A stretch of 59,789 nucleotides of DNA, counting the filler, from Sphacelaria rigidula (taxonomy: Eukaryota), in NCBI GenBank assembly GCA_964200075.2. It is 8 parts of 8 records of this genome, joined end to end, with 100 filler letters (N's around TTAATTAATTAA, not from the genome) between each part and the next. Parts side by side here need not be neighbours in the genome. Positions count along the whole stretch, not along the records: positions 22,460 to 29,845 come from CAXNAA020015154.1; positions 29,946 to 37,331 come from CAXNAA020015155.1; 6 more parts are not named here. One strand, written 5' to 3'. Each line of letters starts with the position of its first letter. The first letter of the stretch is position 1. The notes beneath the pieces were generated by a model. The model did no database searches and was not told the DNA's origin. It saw only the letters and a program-made list of their open reading frames with translations. Position numbers and translations under genes: made by a program. Shown one piece after another: positions 24,923 to 36,693 of the stretch.

Positions 24923-26038
24923 CCTAACGCTCATCATGTTAGCTGTTGGGCTTGAAGCCCATATTTGCTTATACTTTGTACTTATTAGTTATGGTTGACA
25001 TCGTTTTCGCTTCTCGCAATTTCGTTCAAACCACCACGCGTGCGAGAACCGTGGCTTTGGTACCTGCGGCGGTGCTGCCACGTGCGTCAGCCGTGGCTTA
25101 CCACTAGTTCTATTTATCAATAGCGTAATGTCGCCAGCTCCCACACTGCAGACAAGTGCGAGGGTGTCCGGATTGCCCATACTGTAGCCAAGACACAAAT
25201 GATCCTTATTGGAACAATATTTTGTACCAGACTTGGACTGAAGAGGAGGAAACAGTCACCATTCTCGATCAAACTGCAAACGCAGGTCGAAAAGTACTCC
25301 GTGCCAAACGGTCAACGTGAATAAGTACCCATTGAATTTTGAAAACCCAGTATTCTGTATACTACCAATCCGACACATCGCACCCGTGCACAGTAATCCA
25401 GTGTTTTACTGAGAGAGGAGAGCTCAAGCATTGTCCCACGTGGCCGGCAGACAGTTTGATCATTTTTTTGTATAAGAGCAGCACTATAGAGTAGAGTTAT
25501 GTACAGTGCATTAGCTCCTTCACTTGATCAGCGGTGTATCCCGCAGTCTGGACAACACCGTGAACGGCAGACGATTTTATCAAATGTTCTGTACAAGAGT
25601 AGCACTATAGAGTACAGTATGTACAGTGTTAGGGCTGAATCTCCTACTCAGCGCTGAGGTCTATGTGTAAGAAAAGGTCGTGGGACCTATGTTGTTGAAT
25701 TGATTCCCTTGTTGATAAATTTATATTATACTCTCCACCAAAACGTAAAAATCCAGAAACGTGCACTGCCAAAAAGGGGGGTGGTCAATCGTGAAGAGCC
25801 ATTCATGTACAAAAACAACACGTCAGAACCTAATTCCTCGGCCACGCGATTGGGCGTGTGCCTCTTCAGCGGATTCTTGCTGCAACCAACAAATCGGGTA
25901 TACCCTTAATAACATAACCGTATCTCTTATTTCCCCTTCACCCATATGTCATAATCCAACCACAATATTCATTTCCCAAGCTTCCAGGTCTGAGTACATG
26001 TATCCATCATTGAGTGTGAGTACATTCGATTAGCCCTC

Positions 26039-27208
26039 CTACTCACGGCTCAACTCTACCCAATTCCCAAGTCTCATACTCTCATATTTGATTAGCCCTC
26101 CTACTACCGACCGCCTATCAGCTGCCTTACTTGCATAGTCTGCGTCTGCAGAAACATGAAAGCTCAACCCGTGTATTTTTCCTCTGCGAAAAGAAATCCC
26201 CAGCGAACTTGTTCGCCTAACATACCCCAAAATACCAAGCGCAGCACGCCAATGAAGGTGTTATGATGAGGCACAGTACCTCGCTACTGCACATACTGCG
26301 TTAGATATGTCTGGCCTCGTTTGAGTTGCCAGCCACATCAGTGACCCTATCAATTCCCGAAACTGAAATTCCGTTGCCTGTTCTTCTACCCTGAACTCTT
26401 CAAGTCTCGCACCAACAGCGATGGGGATACTCTTTCTTCACTCTACTCCGTATTCCTTCGCCAACTCTTCTGCGTATGTTTGTTGTGAAATTTTCAGAGT
26501 CCCCCTTGCAATATCTCTCTCATAGTACAGTCCAGAATACCAACGCAAATCCCCGAGGTTTTTGACTGGAACCATCGTCTTGAGATCTTTACCAAACTCG
26601 TCACATCTGTCCTTCTCTCCCACTGCGAATATATCATCTACATGTACTACAATGGTGATAATCACCCTGCCATTCTCAATCAACCGAAATACACATGAAT
26701 CCGCCAAGCACTGATCAAATCCCAAGACAAATAAATATTCCGCCAGATGATTATGTCACTGTCTACTTGCCTGTTTCAATCCATACAAACTTTTGTTGAG
26801 TCTTACTTTTTTACCAGATAAACTACCACAACCAAGTGGCAACCGCATGAAAACATCCTCGTCCAACTCAGACTGCACAAAAGCTTGTTCGATGTCAAAA
26901 TGGCGCAACGCAAGATTTTTCTCACAAGCCAGAGTCGCCAACAAACGTACGCTAGAAACTGCTACAGTGGGGGCATACAACTCTCCAAAATCTATGTTTT
27001 CCCTCTACATATCTCCTGTTGCTACTAGTCTCGACTTCATCTTCGTGGGCCATCCAAACTCGTCCGCCTTCCAGTTATATAGCCACTTTGCATGGATATA
27101 GTTGTCCACGAGTTGCTCTTCCGCTGAGTCTGTCGCCCCCGCCTCCAGAATTCCCCGCCATTCCCGCCCCATCGAGTCCCTCCATAAATCACCGCACTCC
27201 GAGCGCAC
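26039..27208 (-). pseudogene. Copia reverse transcriptase (RVT_2) and RNase H start, disrupted
   Basis: KSRLVA, YAPT, FDIEQAFVQ, LNKSLYGLKQASR, VVHVDD and ADADYA...RRSV motifs split across several ORFs. Confidence 0.93.
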
Positions 27209-27608
27209 CGCCTGCGTATATCCGTTGGGGACCTTGAGATCCTTTGCTGGACAATGTGGGAGTTCCGGTGGGATGTGCGGCGGGCGCTGCTCACGTAAAG
27301 CGTTATCTATATCTTCACGCGTCGCCAGCCTCGTCGCGAGTCACATCGGTATCCCCCCGGGTCCCCCCTTCTCAACATCGTTGCCCTGTCGCCCGGCATC
27401 AACCACGCCGCGCGTGAGGAGAGCAGACAGCAAAGATCTCTTATCCATCTGCTGCCTGAATCCCCAGCTGTGGTGCAAGAGTGCAGCCTTGTCTGTCTTG
27501 TATTGTGTCGACCCTGACCGCGTCCGCCCTGGCTGCCGGGGGTATGTTTCCAGATCCAGCTCCTTCCTCACGTTGATTGGAAGCGGCGAGAAAGAATGGT
27601 CCATCACT

Positions 27609-29081
27609 TCAGGGGCGGATGATGCATCTCGCGACGCAGTCGAGGAAGATGCTGACGGTATCGGGGACGGGATCGGGGCCGAAGAGCCGGAGAAGATCGG
27701 CGGGGATTTCGGTGGCGATCGGTGCATCGGCGGAGTGGACGGATCCGTCGGCGGCGGTAGTAACGGCTGAGTCGGCGGAGTCGGCGGGCGCGGCGGCGGC
27801 AGGATCGGCTGAGTCAGCGGAGTTTGCTGGCGCGGCGGCGGTGGCGGCGGCTCGAACTCCACTGTGTGATATGTCGGCGGGAGCAGCGGTGTGGCAACGG
27901 CGGTGGTGGTGCTGCCATGAACCTCCTCCTCCCCGACGAGCGGCGTTTGGATCCTCCCCTCCGGACCCTCCCCCCCCGGCGAGCGGCGTCCCGTGATGCT
28001 GCTCTGCTGACGGCGCGGCGGCGGCGGCGACGGTACTGGAATGGGTCTCCTCCCCGCCGACGATCGGCGTTGCCGACGACTGCAGTGGCACACGCGGTAC
28101 CGTCCAGACAACGTTGTTGGTGTAGCAGACAGCACCGGTAGCAGCCTTCAGGACCTTGACCGTCGATGAAAGAGGATTACTGTCATTATTGAGGTAATGG
28201 CAGGCCACGGACTGAGCATCCATCTTGCCTCGGTGGTTGACCCGCATCATGCCGGGTTGCAGAAACGGCACAATCTGTAGCGGCGGGCGCTTGCCGGTGA
28301 ACACTTCATACCGCGACAGTCTTCCCGGGTTCGCCGTAGTAGCGGAACGGTTGAACCCGTCCGCTGCCCACACCGCGGCCTCCAGCCACAGGCGCTCCAT
28401 GTTCTCCCCCAGGTGAGGTATGTTGTCGAAGCGGCACTCCGGGAACAGACGTCGCGCTTCAAGACGGGCGGGATGGCCCCCCTTCATGACTCTCCAAATT
28501 GCATTTTCCACCACAGCGTTGTGCTTCGGAGTGTCAGGGGCAGTGTACTCACGACGAATCGTTGCATCGTCGCAGAATGCGCCGAAATCGTTGGAGGTGA
28601 ACTCGGCCCCGTTGTCCATGCGAAAACAACCGGGGGTACCGATGGCGCTGACGTCGGCAATGAAACGTTTCACCTTCGCCAGCGTGTCAGACTTACGTGC
28701 GAGGCCATAAAATATCATGAAGCGTGACTTGCTGTCGACGCAGCCCAGCATATGGGTTGATGCGCCCAAAGTACGAGGGTATGGACCGGTGAGGTCGAGA
28801 CGTACCCCGCCAAGTACAGTCATTGCCCTCGTTCCCAGTCTTCGCGGAATACCTGCTCGCTGTCCCTTCGCTTCCAAACACCCAGCACACGGCGCCAGTA
28901 CCCCCGTCAATGAAATGCCCTGTTGTTTTTCAGTTTCTCGGAGTAACGTCTCATGAATGTGGGGGAGGGAAACGTGGAAAAAAATGATGTCGACTTCTTG
29001 CGTTGGTTTTCCAACTGAAAATGGGTCAGGGCTGGGGGCAAGAACAGCAAGGGCCGTCCCGGTTTTAGCCAAAACTCCCAT
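27609..29081 (-). pseudogene. Copia integrase (zinc-binding remnant plus rve core), frameshifted into a P/A-rich tail
   Basis: H..H...CAGC, DLTGP, VDSKSR, RMDNGAEF, YTAPDTPKHNAVVE. Confidence 0.93.
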
Positions 29082-29089
29082 TCCTTCAC

Positions 29090-29780
29090 TCAGAAAACGC
29101 GGGAAAAAATCTTGGGGGGGGTCGTGCCAAATCCAGCCATCAGGGCTTCATCCTTTAATACACTCAAGTCTGGACAGTGAAGCCCTCGGACTGCACGGAG
29201 GGAAGCAACACCATTCGTGGGAGCCGTTACAACGCTTGCCGGTGAAGCGGACTGGAAACCAACACTTGAAGTTACCACGTTCGCCGGAGGAACGGACTGG
29301 ACACGAACGCTTGGGGGAGGGGCAGTTACAACGCTTGCCGGTGAAGCGGACTGTACCCCAACACTTGAAGTTACCACGTTCACCGGAGGAACGGACTGGA
29401 CACGAACGCTTGGGTGAGGGGCAGTTACAACGCTTGCAGCTGGTACGGTAAGCGGGGGGTTCTCATATGTTGACGGTAAACGTGTGGCCCTTTGTGACGA
29501 AGACCGCTCATTGCGATCGAAGCGAGGCCTACCGTCAAACATGTGTACTCCTGTTTCAGTTAAGAGTACATCATGCTTCTTCTGCACTTGGTGCAGAGAA
29601 AAACGGTTGAAGTGTATTCCTTCAAGTACGTAAACGTCAGTCAGTTGCACGCAAAGTTCGGAGGACGCACCGATAGATGTCGGGGCGGTGGAATTTCCCA
29701 TGTGGAATTTAAGCTTCAAACTCCCTACTGCTCTGACGGGGAGAATTTTTCCGTTCTCCACAATCGCGTGCTCATTTCCT
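29090..29780 (-). pseudogene. Copia protease-adjacent beta-barrel region and linker
   Basis: NGKILPVRAVGSLKL...LTDVYVLEGIHFNRFSL. Truncated upstream by a family A module. Confidence 0.75.
29226..29437. repeat. In-frame 99-bp tandem duplication (about 2.1 copies) in copia pol
   Basis: GTTACAACGCTTGC recurs at 29226, 29325 and 29424. Confidence 0.9.
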
Positions 29781-31000
29781 CTGGGGGGGGGGGGCGTACT
29801 CATTTGTTTCTTGCCTTAGTCATTTGACCCTTGAAAAACGAACCCNNNNNNNNNNNNNNNNNNNNNNNNNNNNNNNNNNNNNNNNNNNNTTAATTAATTA
29901 ANNNNNNNNNNNNNNNNNNNNNNNNNNNNNNNNNNNNNNNNNNNNGCCTTGAGTCATGAAGAATGGTTGACTGCGTGGATTACAACTGATGTACGAACCG
30001 CATGATTTATTCATTGAGATGATGACTTTGAGTTGACTCACGAGTTGATTTGTCCTAACCGTGCACCATTTCGCCTGCCCCTGCTGCCTTCCTATTCTTG
30101 AGTTTAGCTACACACTCCTTTACTTCATCTGTGGTAAACCCTCTCTGCAACTCTTCTTTTTTTCTGCTGGGGGGGGAGGGGGCGAGCAGGTACTCAATTA
30201 CCGTTTTCCTTAGTCTTTTGACCAGTGACCACGCATTCCAATCGAGACGGAGCGCCATTCCTTCTCCCAATAGATATCTTCAACATTTAGGTGCTCACTA
30301 CTGTTCTATACACTACACAAAACATTTGACACATCTGATAAAATCACCACGTCTAAGTAGCGCAGAATTAATACCACTGTGAAAGCGCATGTCACACCCA
30401 TGACCGTGCACGCGGTGAACCCCTGCGGGCTAAGGTCAACCTGGTCAGGCCTTGTTTGCTCGTCGGGCACTCCGACATTTGACTGGTGAAAGACTTGCGA
30501 TATTTTCACTCATGGATACAGACGTTCAAAATCTGGGCGACCTACGCTCTCGCCCAATAATGGGCTCCACGTATGTGTATGTTTTATCAAAAACAAGTAG
30601 CAACACGATTTTGCAACATGTATTCTCCCAATTTCGAACCATAAGAGTTGGCAATTCCGAAAAACAACACGAAACTGCTCAAAATATACGCTCTTTTTCG
30701 ACCATGATATTTCTATTTTTGAGTCATGAGATGGTGAAAAGTGATGGTCTGGAGCCACATGCCAGATTCGTATGTGGAAATTCGTCATAATTTGCATCCG
30801 ATCATAATCCCCCCCCGCCCCGGGCGCGCGCCCTCGCGCCCGAAAATTCGCGCTTGGTGATTACGAGCCTGGCCCGGCGAAAACTGGGTGTGCTCAACCC
30901 GGTTTTGTAGGGGTGCGAGGTCAATGGTCATATGATTGCGGAATGTAAGATCACGAGTACACGCCCTCCCCCCCCAGCGCACGCCCTCTTCGTCTCTTAC

Positions 31001-31272
31001 CCGCCCGATACAGCATCCCGCGCAGCCTTCATATCCAAGATCAGTCTCGCCATTGCCCGCATCTGCGCAGAAATGTCCGGCTGCGCGCCCACCAGATGAC
31101 TCGACAGAGTCTCTGCACCCCCCTCCTCCTCTCCCAAAGAGTTGTCCAGTAAGCCAGGCGGGTAAACCACCCTAGCGGCGGCCGCCGACGGCGCAACGAT
31201 AGGTAAAGCTAAGTATTCGTTCGACAAAGATTCCAGCAGTGTCGCCGGCGACGATGTAAACGGGCCAATCAC
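31001..31272 (-). CDS. Exon encoding part of a type I periplasmic-binding / ANF-receptor-like ligand-binding domain
   Basis: gcccag acceptor, gtaaga donor, 272 nt open. VIGPFTSS...LPIVAPSA...QPDISAQMRAMARLI resembles VIGPxSS / P.ISPxA / PSDxxQxxA. Confidence 0.6.
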
Positions 31273-32002
31273 CTGGGCAATAGGACGGCAAAGTGGCGGG
31301 GGCGCAGCAGGTCGAGTTGGGGGCGGATGTTCATTAGGCCCTTGAGCGCGAAAGAGGGTAGAGGTCGACCCTACGTCGATTGACCACCCAGAAGCACGCA
31401 AAAATATCTTCGTTGGCTACTGTAGATAAAACTATCAAGAAAGCCAGGGGTTGGCGTTTCCAGAATGCACTGTGGTGTGTTGTTGTCAGTGGAGATGGCT
31501 CGAAGGGGCAAAAAAAACATATTGTGGCGACGGAGACTGCCGATCTTGAGGGTCAACCGACAGTATATTGTATCGAAAAGCAGCCTCGATTCCGAAGGAG
31601 GGGTAAAATTCCGGAAATAGAGTGCTCGAGAGCAGAACTGACATCTTAGACCGAATCCAACGGCAATAGATCTACTCCGATTTGCTATTTGACTCATTTG
31701 AATGTCACGTTAAGGCTGATAAAAAAGCAGAAATACCTCGGGGACTGGCTTCCAACAATGGACCACGCTCATGACTGCTGCTGACTGTACCAACCACCTG
31801 GCCTACCCCCGAGTACTTGCACCAGCCCGCCGCACCAAGCTACTACGCTACACTGCCCACACTGCCATACCGCCTCCACTCTCGGCTGCAGTCTACCGGA
31901 AAGACGCATGAGACTACGCCGTCCACACAAGCCGTCAGCCACCGGGACAATGGCCCAAGGTACCGGAGGCAAATGTGACCCTAGATTTATGTTGAATTCA
32001 CG

Positions 32003-32510
32003 GTGGCGTCGGCGTTGGTTGGCACTACGCCGAAAAATACGGCACTCCCTGCGTAAGCTAGGCTACCAGGTTGCCGATTTTTCGCGCGCTCGAGTTTTTT
32101 TTGCGGTAACCATGATGGTGATCGAGCCGGATCATATTTTGCGGAGTGGGAGAACCTCAACTCCGCGCAAAAGGGGTGGTCACACGACGTCATGTTTGAA
32201 TGATGAGACACCCAGGAGGCAGTATGTAAGCCGTGGTTGTCTCTGGAAGTGGCAATACCAGAGAATAAAGCAACTCATTGTTGGCTGTCATTCGAACGCA
32301 AGATAATCAGTAGGCTTCGGGCCGAAAAATCTCAGCAGGTTGCAGGTCACCCTTCATGCGACTCGCCGGACACATGACGCGCTTCGCGCGTGGTGATTGA
32401 TTGCGAGCCTGGTCCAGCGAAAACCCGGCGTGCTCCGTCCCGGCTTCGTAGGGGTGCGAGGTCGATGGTCATATAATTACTGCATGCAAGATCATGAGTA
32501 CATCCCCCAT
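32003..32510 (+). repeat. Dispersed repeat family B copy
   Basis: Colinear with 2871-3366. Confidence 0.8.
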
Positions 32511-32608
32511 CTCACGAGTACCATCATTCGAATTTGTTTTTGTTCATTTCGGCCTTGGCGCGAAGGGTTCATCCGAGGTATGATTGTTCCAGAACGGGCC
32601 CTATTTTT

Positions 32609-33491
32609 CAGGGATGTGCAAGGAGGACAATCCGCTCCGCGGTGCAAATTATTATTTTTTTAAACCTCACAGGGCGGAGCGGTTATCCGAATATGCGAAA
32701 AGACACGGATTATGACGAAGCGGATACCCTCGATTAAAAATGTCACGGATTATTGCGGAGCGGATATCCGGCCTTGATTATGTCACGGAGCGGAGCGGAG
32801 TTTTTGTCTTTGGTACGGAACGGAGCGGAGCGGATATCCGCTAATGGGGAAAATCACGGATTGTCACGGAGCGGATATCCGCCCGCTGCAAAAGCACAGA
32901 TTACTGCGGAGCGGATGTCCGTCGCACGGATTTCTTCACGGAGCGGACTGTCCCCCTCCGTGGAACAAACCGCACAAACCGCGTCATTCCCCCACGGTGC
33001 ACCGTGGCGATACTCCGTTGCAACGACACTGTTCTCCGCGAAAATGGTATGGATATCCGCGGAAAAGTATCAAGAAATGCGGAAGGGGTCATTTTGCTGG
33101 GACATTCAGATGCTAGACAGGGGAGACGGCGCAAAAAATGCTCCACATACAACGTCGCGTTTCTTCGCGAACTTATGGAAGTATAGCCACACCCCTGAGA
33201 TTACCCTTGCACCAGCGTCCACCGCCACATTGACCACCGTGCGTCGAACGCTTTCTACGGTCTTGGCGAGAGGTGTGGGGATGGGCACAGTAGAATCGGA
33301 AGAGTTCTCGCGTGGAGGAGGAGGAGGAGGAGGAGGAGAATCGGAGGCAGGTGTGGAGGCGGACACCTCTACTCCACCTCAGCCTCTGAAGTAGGAGATT
33401 GCTGGGCACTGTGTTTGGTATTGGAACCCATGGCATCAACCATCCGAGGTCCGCGCACCGCCGCCGTGTTCGGATTACGCTTTCCAGTGAG

Positions 33492-33522
<31 letters not shown>

Positions 33523-34050
33523 GTTCAAACCGCGATTGTCATTTTTCGCAGCAGAATTTCAGAACCGCATCGGTGAATTGTTTAACCAGAACAATATTTG
33601 TTATATTTCGAATTCCAAGTTATCCGGCGTTCGAAATAATTTCGTCCGTGGAAATTCGTGGCTTTTCAACGGTTCGATCTGTAAATTATGCTGCGGAGAG
33701 CGCACGGATGGACTACGGAGTAGATAGAACCGCTTCGCAGAAAAAAACGCGTTTCACGGTTCCAATCGTGCAGCTGTAGTCCATACGGAGCGGAGCCGAG
33801 CGGATATCCGTACACCGGAAAACTCACGGAATGTTGCAGGGCGGATGTCCGGCCTTGATTATGTCACGGAGCGGAGCGGATCTTTTCGAATATGGCACCG
33901 AGCGGAGCGGATATCCGCTTGTGAGAAAAGTCACGGATTGTCACCAAGCGGATATCCGTCCCCCACAAATGCCAAGGAGCGGTGCGGTTTGACAAACCGC
34001 ACCGTAATAATCCGCCGCGCGGATTTATTTTTAATCCGTACATATCCCTG
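32609..34050 (-). mobile_element. Non-autonomous hAT-like element with ACGGAGCGGA subterminal arrays and a truncated transposase N-terminus
   Basis: CAGGGAT(G/A)TG TIRs and an 8-bp TSD CTATTTTT/CAATTTTT. Internal ORF 33106-33366 (-) contains SGVWLYF...VVC, like the start of a BED zinc finger. Confidence 0.85.
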
Positions 34051-35859
34051 CAATTTTTACGCTGGGCTATGTAGCACTCAAGTGAAATGCGGCCCCGAGG
34101 TTCAGCTTACGGGCCGAGTAAGGGGTAGCAAGCATCACCATGAGATGCCGTGTGATAGCTGACGTCACAATCTGTGTCCGTTGCGATTTGATCATTCTGT
34201 TGCGCATAGGGGATCTCATGGCACACGGGGGTGCTGCAGGGAGCGGAGAGGTTCATGATCTCTTGGCACGATATCGAGGAAGAGGCTAGCCGGCAACGTG
34301 CGATTAAACGGGAGATTTGAGGAGAGGAGGGAGGAGATGGAAGAATGCGTAACCACCTTGTACCGAACTGAAAATGGCGGAAGTGGCAGGACCCCCATCA
34401 TTTCCCCTTTTACTATTTTTCTACTGACTGCTGACTCCACCGCACTCCTCCCCCCGACATGGCGTGTGTTGTAATGTGGTGCTCCTCCTCTTATGCCTAG
34501 TATATTCGAACGCATACTGTCCCTCTAGAGGTACAAGGTTAGAACCCTGCGACTCGTACCGCTTTGGCTGGTGATCGTGGCTCTCGAGTGTGGCTCCCGT
34601 CCTGTTTGGCCTCGCGTGTTGAGTGAGCCAATGGGCCCTGCCTACAGTAGCCCGAATGGTCGCATATGACATCGGAACTTAGAGCGCTAGCAGTAGTCCT
34701 TTAGTTTTCCTTTTTTTCCTTCTTTTTTAGTATTTTATTATATTTGTTTTTATTTATTTTTTATCGCATCTGTGTGAATTGTTTCTGGGTTCGATTAATT
34801 TCATGATTTTTTTTATACCCTAGCTTGGGGTAGTTAGCCTGTGACCACGGAAGGCGTCCGCATCAGATGACCAGTACAGAGTACTGCGCAAATATCGGAA
34901 CGGTTTTGAATGTGAAGACAGCATAGTGTGCGGCTAGAGAACGGTTGGGCTGGCGACCAGGTTTCACCTCTCCCGGTAGTAATGAATGTGATATTCGTGT
35001 ATTAGTGTATGATAAGTTGATGTTTATGCAAAGGTACTGCTATGTATTTTGGCTCCTCGGTGTATATTTGTTGATGCTGTTTACGTAGACTCGTGTACCT
35101 ACGTCTTTTCCTATCGGTTGTTGAAGTTATACTAGATCTGTAGTTCCGTGGTGCTCCCTGGTGTATATTGATACCTGTTCTACTGTACTGTGCTCTTTGG
35201 GTTCCATCACTCTTGTATCCTTCTCTGCTCCCTCTCTTTTGCATTGTCTCTCTATTTGCGTGTTCTTTCCTCCGGTTGTATCAAGTAGCAGTCTGATCCC
35301 TCGCCTCCGTAGGGTTCATGGATGACAGCTACACTCCCAAAATAGTGAGATCGAAATAGATGACCGCCCGTCTGTTCCCACGGCCTTTTGTTTTTAACGA
35401 TTGGGTGTGAGTGTGAATTTTGCCCATGACTTTTTCCATCGAAAGCAGGGGTTGGGTAACGTATTCCCCTGAGGCGGTCGAGAATAAGGAAATTCGGAAA
35501 TGGTTTCCAAAAACCTCATTCTTCCTCTTTCTTCGCCAGAATACGGAATTGAACGGTACGTTCACCACCACGATACTGGCCTGTAGAGGCCGGTCATTGT
35601 TCGTTTTTTTTTTTAGTCTGTGTCGCTCTGATCTTTGCTTTTTCTTCTTGTCTTCTTTTCTTAGTCTATTCTGTCTGTTTCCATATTTCTGTTCCTTTCT
35701 CTCTTCTTAAGCGAGCGTTTTCTTGTTTTATCTCGGGTGTGTCCATCATGTGACCCGGGCTGGATCCCTGGGTGTTCAGCTAAAGTGCGACACGCGGTAG
35801 GATTATTGACGGATAATTCTACTACACAAAACTATTGCCAACCTATTTCACGTACAAAA

Positions 35860-36693
35860 CAAGTCACTTGATCAAACAGTCGGGGAAGCAAGTTACTTGA
35901 AGTAGGTATGGGTGAGCCTGTTCACTTTATCTTAGAATAGCTGAGGCAAACTACTTCAAGTAAGTATAGGTGAACCAAGCCACTCGAACTTGGACTAGCT
36001 GAGGCAGGATGCTTGATCCAAGAGTTGGGAGTAAAATTACCTGAACTGAGTATGGATTTTAGGCCACTTGATGTTAGACTAGCTATTGCAAGTTACTTGT
36101 ACCGAGTATAGGTGAGCCAAGTCACTAGATGTCAGACTAGCTGAGGCAGGTTACTTGATCTAAGAGTTGGGAATGCAAATTTCTAGAACTGAGTGTGAGG
36201 TAACCAAATCTCCTGATTGTACAAAGGGTGAGGCAAGTCACTTGATCTTACAGTGTTGGTGAGCTAGGTCACTTGATCTTAGAGTAGCTGAGGCAAGTCA
36301 CATGAAGTAAGTATAGGTGAATCAAGTCACTCGAACTTGGGCTAGCTGAAGCAGGTTACTCGATCTAAGAGTTGGGGGGGAAAGTTACTTGGAGTGAGTA
36401 TGGTTTCTAGGCTGCTCGACCTTAGACTAGCTACGTCAAGTTACTTGAACTGAATATAGGTGAGCCAAGTCATTAGACCTTAGACTAGCTGAGGCAAGTT
36501 ACTTGCTGGGTGCAAGAGTTGGGGAGGTAAGGTACAAGAACTGAGTGTGGGGTGACCGAGTCTCTTGATCGTACAGGTGGTGAGCCAAGGCACTTCATCT
36601 CAGGCTCGCTGAGGCAAGTTACTTGGACAAATATCACATATTTCTACAGTTGGTGCCTGGGTGAATAAGGGAAGTTGCTTGATCTGAGTACAG
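35860..36693. repeat. Degenerate array of about 28 x 29-bp monomers with palindromic core CAAGT(T/C)ACTTG and a higher-order period of about 347 bp
   Basis: The core recurs every 29-30 nt. AAGTAAGTATAGGTGAA occurs at 35958 and 36305. Confidence 0.88.

Larger units (their letters stand above)
26039..29780 (-). mobile_element. Decayed Ty1/copia LTR retrotransposon pol region (protease-adjacent, integrase, RT, start of RNase H); no LTRs in the contig
   Basis: Copia domain order INT-RT-RH, with multiple in-frame stops and frameshifts. Confidence 0.95.

Noticed and set aside
32753-33394. 213-aa plus-strand ORF
   Set aside because: It is translated hAT subterminal repeats plus the antisense of the transposase remnant.
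35860-36693. CRISPR array
   Set aside because: The repeats are degenerate, the linkers are about 17 nt and mutually homologous with higher-order periodicity, the context is eukaryotic, and there are no cas genes.
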